The notes below the pieces were generated by a model that was given only the letters and a program-made list of their open reading frames with translations, searched no databases and was not told the DNA's origin. Below, one piece after another: positions 56,870 through 64,000 of a stretch of 64,000 bases of DNA. The stretch is from Myxococcota bacterium (lineage in GTDB: Bacteria > Myxococcota_A > UBA796 > SXON01): NCBI GenBank assembly GCA_040386535.1, contig JAZKFH010000039.1:32001-96000 (forward strand), written 5' to 3'. A program made the translations under genes and the position numbers. The number at the start of each line of letters is the position of its first letter. The first letter of the stretch is position 1.

Positions 56870-57982
56870 ATGCTGCTCTCCCTGCTCCTTCTGGCCTGCA
56901 CCGGCCCCTCCGACGACACCGGCGGCTGCTCCGAGGCCCCCGGCACCATCTGCACCTGGGCGGGCACCGGCATCGCCGGGCTCACCGCGGACGGCGCCCC
57001 GCTGCTCGAGACCAACCTCTACCTTCCCATCGATCTCACGTGGGGCCCCGACGGCAACGCGTACCTCCTCGACTGGAACAACCACCGCATCCGCCAGGTC
57101 ACGCCCGCCGGCGAGCTCACGACGGTGGCGGGCACGGGCGAGCTCGGGGACGGCCCCGTGGGCCCCGCGACCGAGGCGCGGTTCAACCACCCCAGCAACA
57201 TCGCGTTCGACTCGCAGGGGCGGATGGTCGTGGCGGCGTGGCACAACAGCCGCGTCATGCGTGTCGACCTGACGACCGGGATGCTCGAGTTCGTCGCGGG
57301 GGACGGCACGCGCAGCTTCGCGGGGGACGGGGGCGATCCCACGGTCGCCAAGCTCGACCTCCCGTCGGGTGTCGTGCTCGACAGCGCCGACCAGATCTAC
57401 ATCTCTGACCAGGCGAATCAGCGCATCCGCTGCATCGACACCACCGGCGTGATCGACACGATGGCGGGCAACGGGACCCCCGGGTACGGGGGCGACGGTG
57501 GGCCGGCCACGGACGCCTCGGTGCACGCCTCGGTCGGCCAGGCGGCCGCCCCGGCCAACCGGATGGCGCTCTCGCCCGACGGCGCGCGGCTCTACTTCGC
57601 GGACACGGGCAACCACGTGATCCGCTACGTCGACCTCGCGGCCGGTACGATGAACGCCTACGCGGGCACGGGCGCTGCGGGGTACTCGGGTGACGGCGGC
57701 GCGGCGACCTCGGCGGCCTTCTACGGCCCGACCGACATCGGCTTCGGCCCCGACGGCAGCCTGTACGTGGCGGACACGTCCAACTCCTGCGTGCGCGCCA
57801 TCGGTGCCGACGGCATCGTGTCCACGGTCGTCGGGAACTGCGGGCAGATGGGCTACGAGGGAGACGGTGGCGCGCCCGCCGACGCGCTCCTGAACCAGCC
57901 GTACGGCATCGATTTCGACGCGGACGGCAACCTCTACGTGGCCGACACCTACAACCAGGTCGTGCGTGTCGTGTACCGGTAG
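56870..57982 (+). CDS. NHL-repeat lipoprotein
   Basis: LLAC lipobox; NHL repeats; AGGAG RBS. Confidence 0.9.
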   Translation: MLLSLLLLACTGPSDDTGGCSEAPGTICTWAGTGIAGLTADGAPLLETNLYLPIDLTWGPDGNAYLLDWNNHRIRQVTPAGELTTVAGTGELGDGPVGPATEARFNHPSNIAFDSQGRMVVAAWHNSRVMRVDLTTGMLEFVAGDGTRSFAGDGGDPTVAKLDLPSGVVLDSADQIYISDQANQRIRCIDTTGVIDTMAGNGTPGYGGDGGPATDASVHASVGQAAAPANRMALSPDGARLYFADTGNHVIRYVDLAAGTMNAYAGTGAAGYSGDGGAATSAAFYGPTDIGFGPDGSLYVADTSNSCVRAIGADGIVSTVVGNCGQMGYEGDGGAPADALLNQPYGIDFDADGNLYVADTYNQVVRVVYR

Positions 57983-58004
57983 ACTCGCGACGGGGCGCGT
58001 CGGG

Positions 58005-59075
58005 GTGTTCGCCCTGGTGGTCCTCGCGGCGTGCACCGGCGACACGCCGGTCGATCCGGCGTGCCCCGACGTCCCTGGCACCGTCTGCCGCGTCGTCGGC
58101 ACCGGCGCCCTCGGCTTCAACGGCGAGGGGCTGCCCGCGCTGGAGAGCTGGCTCTACTTCCCCTCGGCCGTGCGCGAGCACCCCGACGGGCGGCTGGTCA
58201 TCGTCGACTTCAACAACATGCGCGTGCGTGCCGTCGATCCCGACGGATCGGTCGTCACGATCGTCGGCACCGGCGAGCACGCATGGTCCACGCCGGGCTC
58301 GGCCCCGCTCGAGACCGCGCTGGAGAACCCGATCGACGCGGTCTTCGGGCCGGACGGCTCGCTCTACGTCCTGCCGCTGCACGAGGCGCGCGTCCTGCAT
58401 GTCGACCCGGACGGCGCGGTGCGGCCGTGCGCGGGGAGCGGCGAGATCGGCTACGACGGCGACGGCGGCGACGCGACCACGGCGAAGATCTCCGAGGCAT
58501 CGGGGCTCGCGGTGGGGGACGACGGCGCGGTCTACATCGCGGACACCCAGAACAACGCCATCCGCGTGATGGTGGATGGCCGGATGGACACGCTCGCCGG
58601 CGCCCCGGCGTCCGGCTTCGTGGACGGGACGGGCGCCGACGCACGCTTCGCCGGGCCGCAACGCCTCGCGATCGACGGGCGCGTGCTCTACGTGGCCGAC
58701 GCGAACAATCACGCCGTGCGGGCCGTGAACGTCGACACGGGCGCGGTCACGACGATCGCGGGCACCGGGGCGCGCGGCTACACGGGCGACGGCGGCCCCG
58801 CGATCGACGCGCAGCTGATGTACCCCTATGGCGTGAGCGTCGGGAGTGGCGGCGCGCTCTACATCGCGGACAGCGGCAACAACGTCGTGCGCCGCGTGGT
58901 GGGCGGCACGATCGAGACCGTGGCCGGCACCGGCGAGGAGGGGCTCACCGGCGACGACGGCCCCGCCGTGGACGCGACCTTCGCGTTCCCGGTCCACACG
59001 CTGGTCTCGGGAGGGGACCTCTACGTCGCCGACATGAAGAACGGCGTGGTGCGGGTCGTGCGCGGGATTGAGTAG
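58005..59075 (+). CDS. NHL-repeat lipoprotein
   Basis: LAAC lipobox; NHL repeats; start uncertain (57966-58005). Confidence 0.85.
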   Translation: MFALVVLAACTGDTPVDPACPDVPGTVCRVVGTGALGFNGEGLPALESWLYFPSAVREHPDGRLVIVDFNNMRVRAVDPDGSVVTIVGTGEHAWSTPGSAPLETALENPIDAVFGPDGSLYVLPLHEARVLHVDPDGAVRPCAGSGEIGYDGDGGDATTAKISEASGLAVGDDGAVYIADTQNNAIRVMVDGRMDTLAGAPASGFVDGTGADARFAGPQRLAIDGRVLYVADANNHAVRAVNVDTGAVTTIAGTGARGYTGDGGPAIDAQLMYPYGVSVGSGGALYIADSGNNVVRRVVGGTIETVAGTGEEGLTGDDGPAVDATFAFPVHTLVSGGDLYVADMKNGVVRVVRGIE

Positions 59076-59098
59076 CTCCGACGGTCGAAGGGGGGCCG

Positions 59099-62000
59099 CT
59101 ACCCGATCACGATCTCGACCCGGCTCCGCCCCGGCGACACCTTCCTTACCGACACCCAGGTCCCCAGCCGCTCCGCCAGCCCCCCGACGTGGGAGATCAC
59201 CCCGACGGTGCGGCCCTCGGCGCGTAGCCCTTCGAGCGTCGAGAGCGCCACGTCGAGCGTCTCGGTGTCGAGCGTGCCGAAGCCTTCGTCGATGAAGATC
59301 GACTCGACGCGGGTGCGCGTTGCGGCGAGCTCGGCGAGGCCGAGCGCGAGCGCCAGGGAGACGAGGAACGTCTCGCCGCCCGAGAGGCTGGTGAGCGGGC
59401 GAACCTGCTCGGCCATGTGCAGATCGACGACCTGGAGCTCCATCTCGACGTTCGGGACCCGCTGGAGCTGGTAGCGCGGGTTGAGCGAGGCGAGCTGGAC
59501 GTTTGCCTGCTCGAGCAGTCGGTCGAGCGTGAGCGACTGGGCGAACTGGCGGAACACGTTGCCGCTGGCCGAGCCGATGAGCTTGTTGATCACCTTCCAG
59601 CGGTCGGTGACGGCGCGCTGGGCCTCGACGGCGGGGAGGAGGGTGGCGGAGCGCGCACGGCGGTCGTCGTCCTGGAGGAGGGCGGCGCGTGCGGCCGTCC
59701 ACGCGTCGTCCGCGGCCCGTTGGGTCGCCTCGGCGGCGGGGAGGGCGGCGAGCACCGTGGGGCGATCCTCGGCGGGCGGGTCGGTCGCGGCGTGGGCGTC
59801 GGCGGCGCGGGTGCGCTCGGCGGCGCGGGTGACGGCCTCGGCGACAGCACGATCGGCGGCGGACAGGCGCGCGCGCAGGTCCTCCCGCCACCGGCGGTCC
59901 CGGGCGAGGCGTGCGCGGAGGGTGGGCTCGTCGAGGTCCAGCTCGGCGCAGGCGCGGGCGACCGCGGCGCGGGTGTCGGCGAGCTCCGCGTCGCGACGGG
60001 CCGCCTCGGCGCGGGCCGCGGTGGCGACCGCGCGGGTCTCCGTCGCGACGGCGGCGAGGCGCTCGGCGCGGGTGCGGGCCTCGTCGGCGGCCGTGCGTGC
60101 GGCGGCGCCGGTGGCCACGAGCGCGGCCTCGACCGCGTCCGCGGGGGCGCCGTCGAGCAACGCGGCGCGGAGGCGCTCGACGTCGGCCTTCGCCGTGAGC
60201 GCCATGGCGGCGACTTCGGCGGCGCGCGCGGCCGCCTCGGCCTGCCCCGCGGACGTGGCGGCGGCGGTGGCGCGCTGGACCGCGAGGGCTGCCCGCTTCG
60301 TGGTCGCGTCCTCGCGATCGGCGCGCTTGTCGTGCCAGTCGGCGACCTCCTTCGCGCACGCGTCGCGAAACGCCGCGGGGTCGCTCGTGGCGGCGGCGCG
60401 CCACTTGTCACTGGTAGGGAACGCCGCAGCGGCGGCATCGAGCGCGCTCTTGGCGCGGCCGTGAGCCTCGTCGCGGACGCGGACGTTCTCGGCCACGGCG
60501 CGCTCGGCCTCTTCGCGCACCCTCATCGCGACGTCGGCGCGGGCGACAGCATCGGCGGCGCGCGTGGCGCACGCACGGGCGGCATTCAGGGCGTCCACCT
60601 CGGCCTTGCCGAGCCGCGCGGCCTCGCGCTCCTCGGCGGTGAGGCGGACGAGGTGCGCCTGCACGTCCGCGAGCGCCGCGGCGAGCCCCGTCGTGAGCGC
60701 CGCCGCGAGCGCCCCGGCGCCGTCCTCCTCGGGGAGGGCCTCGGGGGCCGGGGTGACCCGCGCCGCCGTCCAGGCCTGCGCCAGCGCGGCGCGCTGCTTG
60801 TCCTTGTCGGCCACCCGCGCGCGGCCCCGGGCGGCTTCGAGCGTGTCGGCGGCGGCCTTCGCGCCGGCCGCGGACTCGACGGCGCCCAGGCGCGCCACCT
60901 CGGCGTCGAGCGCGGCGACGCGGCCCGACGTGTCGTCCACGAGCCCTGCCAGCGGCGAGCCGTCGGCCCAGGGGTGGTCGGGGGCGCCACAGAGGGGGCA
61001 CGGCACGCCGTCGACCAGGGCGGCGCGGTGCCCGGTCAGGTCGAGCGCGGCCTGGGCCCGACGGAGGCCGTCCCGCGCCTCCGCGAGCCGCGCGCCCTGC
61101 TCCGCCCGCGCGAGCGCCGCGCGGCTCCGCGCCGCCTCCGCTTCGACGGCCGCTGCCGATGCGGCCTCGACCGCAGCGAGCTCCACGGCGCGCTCCTGCC
61201 CGAGGCGCGACCAGGTGGCGAGCAGATCCGCGCAGCGGACGAGCCCGTCGCGATGGGCCTCGTGGCGGGTGCGTCGGAGCGGGAAGTCCTCACCCTGGTT
61301 CGTGGCGTCGAGGCGGGCCACCTCTTCGCGCGCGGCTTCGGCCTTCTTCGCCGCGGCGTCCGCCTCCAGCCGCGACGTGTCGCGCGCCGTGATCGCCTGG
61401 GTGTGGGCGGTGGCCGCCTGTTCGGCGGCCGCGTGGAGCACCGCCGACGCCGCAACGGCGCGCTCGCGGCGGGGCGCCTCCGCGGCGAGCACGCTCAGGT
61501 GCACCTGGAGCTGGCCCCACTCCGCCGCGACGGTCGCGGTGGCGGCGTGGCGGGTGAGCCACTGGTCGAGCGCGGTGAGGCGCTCGTCCGCGGCCGCGAG
61601 CTCCCCATCCCGCGCGCGCAACGCGTCGGCCGCGTTCCGCGCGAGGTCGGCGGCCCCCTTCGCGTCGAGCGCGGCGGCCTCGGCCCGGCGGCGCGCCTCG
61701 ACCACCCGCACGTCGGCGGCGCGGGCCTCCTGGAGGGCGGGCCCCTTCGCGATCCGCGCGGCCTCCGCCTCCGCGACGGCGAGGGCCGCCTTCTCCGAGC
61801 GGCCGCGGGCCTCTTCCGCGTCCTTCGCGGCGAGAACGGCGGCGGTCTCGCCCGACTCCACGGCGCTCGTCGCGACGAACGCGCGCCCGATCGCGACGTC
61901 CAGCGCCTCGACCGCGCCCCGCGCCGGCTCCGCAGCCTCCGCCCCGGCGAGCTCCTCGCGCGCGTCCGCCAAGGCCTCCCGCGCGTCCTCGGCGCCCTTC

Positions 62001-62845
62001 CGCTCTACGAGCGCGGCGTCCACACCGTGTCGCAAGGCCTCCGCCGCCCCGTGCCACGCCAACGCCGCCCGCAGGCGGGCCACCTCGGCCTCCGCGCCAC
62101 CCCGGGTCGCCGCCGCGCCCCGCCCGGCCGTCTCCAGGGCCTCGCGCGCGTCCGCCTTGGCGGGCTCCGCGTCCGCGAGCCGCGCCACCAGCTCGTCGAG
62201 CGCCTTCTGCTCGGCCGCCGTGCGCGCCCACGCCTCCTGCGAGAGCTCCCCGTAGATCTTCGTCCCCGTCATCTGTTCGAGCAGCGACGCGCGGTCCGCC
62301 GCTTTCGCCCGTAGGAAGGCGGCGAAGTCGCCCTGGGCCAGCAACACCGCGCGGCGGAACTGGTCAAAATCGAGGCCGAGCTCGGTCTCGATGGCGGCGA
62401 GGGTCTCGGTCAGCGTCCCGCCGACCCGCGCGCCGCCGATCTCTTCGAGCGTGAGGTCGGAAGATTGGAGCTTCCCCGCGACCGCGAGCCGGGCCCGCCG
62501 CACCGACCACCGCGCGCGCCACCGCCGCCCTTCGCGCCCGAGGAAGTCGACCTCGGCGTACCCCTCGGTCGCGCCGTCCCGCAGCAGGTTGCGCGGATCG
62601 TTCGCGGGGAGGCCGCGCATCGTGCCGTCCGTACGCCCCACCTCGACGCCGCCCTGCCCGCCGAGCCGGGGGGTCTTGTTGTAGAGGGCGACACACATCG
62701 CGTCGAGGATCGTGCTCTTGCCGGCCCCGGTCGGCCCGGCGATGGCGAACAGCCCGGCCGCGCCGAGCGGCCCGTCGACGAGATCGAGCTCGAAGAACCC
62801 CTCGAGGCTGGTGAGGTTCTTGCCGCGGATGGCGAGGATCCTCAT
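59099..62845 (-). CDS. sbcC: SbcC (Rad50-like SMC ATPase)
   Basis: GPTGAGKS, LLAQGDF, CPLCG zinc hook, LSGGE, FIDEGFG, VISH. Confidence 0.95.
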   Translation of the reverse strand: MRILAIRGKNLTSLEGFFELDLVDGPLGAAGLFAIAGPTGAGKSTILDAMCVALYNKTPRLGGQGGVEVGRTDGTMRGLPANDPRNLLRDGATEGYAEVDFLGREGRRWRARWSVRRARLAVAGKLQSSDLTLEEIGGARVGGTLTETLAAIETELGLDFDQFRRAVLLAQGDFAAFLRAKAADRASLLEQMTGTKIYGELSQEAWARTAAEQKALDELVARLADAEPAKADAREALETAGRGAAATRGGAEAEVARLRAALAWHGAAEALRHGVDAALVERKGAEDAREALADAREELAGAEAAEPARGAVEALDVAIGRAFVATSAVESGETAAVLAAKDAEEARGRSEKAALAVAEAEAARIAKGPALQEARAADVRVVEARRRAEAAALDAKGAADLARNAADALRARDGELAAADERLTALDQWLTRHAATATVAAEWGQLQVHLSVLAAEAPRRERAVAASAVLHAAAEQAATAHTQAITARDTSRLEADAAAKKAEAAREEVARLDATNQGEDFPLRRTRHEAHRDGLVRCADLLATWSRLGQERAVELAAVEAASAAAVEAEAARSRAALARAEQGARLAEARDGLRRAQAALDLTGHRAALVDGVPCPLCGAPDHPWADGSPLAGLVDDTSGRVAALDAEVARLGAVESAAGAKAAADTLEAARGRARVADKDKQRAALAQAWTAARVTPAPEALPEEDGAGALAAALTTGLAAALADVQAHLVRLTAEEREAARLGKAEVDALNAARACATRAADAVARADVAMRVREEAERAVAENVRVRDEAHGRAKSALDAAAAAFPTSDKWRAAATSDPAAFRDACAKEVADWHDKRADREDATTKRAALAVQRATAAATSAGQAEAAARAAEVAAMALTAKADVERLRAALLDGAPADAVEAALVATGAAARTAADEARTRAERLAAVATETRAVATAARAEAARRDAELADTRAAVARACAELDLDEPTLRARLARDRRWREDLRARLSAADRAVAEAVTRAAERTRAADAHAATDPPAEDRPTVLAALPAAEATQRAADDAWTAARAALLQDDDRRARSATLLPAVEAQRAVTDRWKVINKLIGSASGNVFRQFAQSLTLDRLLEQANVQLASLNPRYQLQRVPNVEMELQVVDLHMAEQVRPLTSLSGGETFLVSLALALGLAELAATRTRVESIFIDEGFGTLDTETLDVALSTLEGLRAEGRTVGVISHVGGLAERLGTWVSVRKVSPGRSRVEIVIG

Positions 62846-64000
62846 GGACGCTCCTGCACGGCGCCGAGGAGCTCGGCGAAACACGCGAGGTAGACGGGAT
62901 CGGGGTCCGTCTTGAACTCCTGGCGCCACCGCTTGAGGAACACGTCGTCGGGGGTGGCGTCGGCGAGCGAGCCGCCGGTCGAGTCGCCGAGGGACACGCC
63001 GCTGCCCGTGCGCTCGCGCGAGAGCTTCACCAGGCGCGCGGCGCGGCCGTCGAGCGCGGCCTCCACGCGGCGTTGCAGCCCGGGCTCGGGCTGATCCAGG
63101 CGCACGCACGCTTCGAGGAAGGGGCGGCGCCACTCGGGCACCGCGGGGTCGCGCGGGGGGAGCGCGAGCAGGGCGGCCTCGAGCTCGTCGACCGGGAGGG
63201 CGCCGGTGGGCGGCACGCGGAGCATCGCGGTGGCGCGCGGCACGCGGACGGCGCGCACCTCGGCGAGGCGCTCCCCGTCGAGCTTCACGACGTTCACCGC
63301 GTGGGGATAGCTCCGCTCGGGCATCGAGAGGGGGATGGGCGCGCCGCAGTACCGAACGCTCTCGCGCGTCCCGACGCTCTGGGCGAGGTGGAGGTGCCCG
63401 AGCGCCACGTAGGCGATGTCCTCCGGAAAGAGGGTGACGGGCAACGCGTGCTGGTTTCCGCCGAGGATCTTGCGCTCGGACAGGTCGGAGAGCGCGCCGC
63501 CGCTCATGTAGCAGTGCCCGGTCGCGACGAGCGCCTGGCCGGGCTGGCGCCGCGCCCGCGCCGCCTCCAGCGCGGACGCGTACACGCTGGCGACGCCCTC
63601 CACGAGCGCGTCCTCCGCGTCCACCACCACGGGCAGATCGGCGGGACGCAGGAAGGGCACCGCGACGACCCACGCGGCCACGGCGCCGTTCGCGTCGGTG
63701 AGGGGGACGAGGAGCCGGTCGAGGTCGAGCGCGCGCTCGGAGCGGGCGCCGGAGGGTGCGAGGCGGGGCAGGCCACCGACCATGTGGAGGCCGAGGGCCC
63801 GCAAGACCGCCGCGGGCGCGTCCAGGCGTTGGGCGGAGTCGTGGTTGCCGCCGACCAGCACGACGTCGATGCGCGGGAGGCGCTGCCGCAGCGTGACGAG
63901 GAAGCGGTACAGCTGCTCCTGGGCCTGCGCGGGCGGGTTGGAGCCGTCGAACAGGTCACCCGCGACGATCAGGGCGTCCGCCGCCTCGATCTGGGCGAGG
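62842..64000 (-). CDS. sbcD: SbcD (Mre11-like nuclease), 5' end outside window
   Basis: AGDLFD, GNHDS, ATGH, YVALGHLH, RYCGAP. Confidence 0.95.
   Translation of the reverse strand, partial: LAQIEAADALIVAGDLFDGSNPPAQAQEQLYRFLVTLRQRLPRIDVVLVGGNHDSAQRLDAPAAVLRALGLHMVGGLPRLAPSGARSERALDLDRLLVPLTDANGAVAAWVVAVPFLRPADLPVVVDAEDALVEGVASVYASALEAARARRQPGQALVATGHCYMSGGALSDLSERKILGGNQHALPVTLFPEDIAYVALGHLHLAQSVGTRESVRYCGAPIPLSMPERSYPHAVNVVKLDGERLAEVRAVRVPRATAMLRVPPTGALPVDELEAALLALPPRDPAVPEWRRPFLEACVRLDQPEPGLQRRVEAALDGRAARLVKLSRERTGSGVSLGDSTGGSLADATPDDVFLKRWRQEFKTDPDPVYLACFAELLGAVQERP

Noticed and set aside
59099..64000. SMC/nuclease pair as a Wadjet/Lamassu-like defence system
   Set aside because: Canonical SbcC zinc hook and SbcD motifs indicate ordinary sbcCD

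Overview
Very GC-rich bacterial chromosomal window, most likely from a Myxococcota/deltaproteobacterial lineage (MYXO-CTERM protein, TonB-C-fused receptor, many Cys/Asp-rich lipoproteins). The first ~20.7 kb is the right-hand part of an aryl-polyene/flexirubin-type (type II PKS/FAS-like) lipid cluster. It has unusual fusions (KS+CLF, GT2+acyltransferase, MMPL+C45 Ntn-acyltransferase, PlsC+SAM-methyltransferase, ApeI-like dehydratase+class I mannose-6-phosphate isomerase) and an embedded TonB-dependent receptor, and it is followed by an LBP/BPI-like MYXO-CTERM protein. The rest is mixed housekeeping and envelope genes: meaB with an ECHDC1-like crotonase, purEK, a CNNM/hemolysin protein, pyk, a FAN1-like VRR-NUC nuclease, a stand-alone sigma70-region-4-like protein, an SCP2-type thiolase, a beta-propeller/TSP3 protein, an HD dNTPase, a pseudo-caspase and tRNA-Sec. 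After tRNA-Sec come a small AT-richer islet (REC-REC protein, 15-bp tandem repeat, KGG protein), a YceI/cytochrome c/beta-barrel operon, an NtrC-type regulator, TlpA+DUF6029-like genes, a degenerate DapA-like protein, an arginyltransferase, four beta-propeller lipoproteins and sbcCD. No CRISPR array, integrase, transposase or rRNA was seen. All family assignments come from motif recognition by eye, not database searches; start codons were refined manually.
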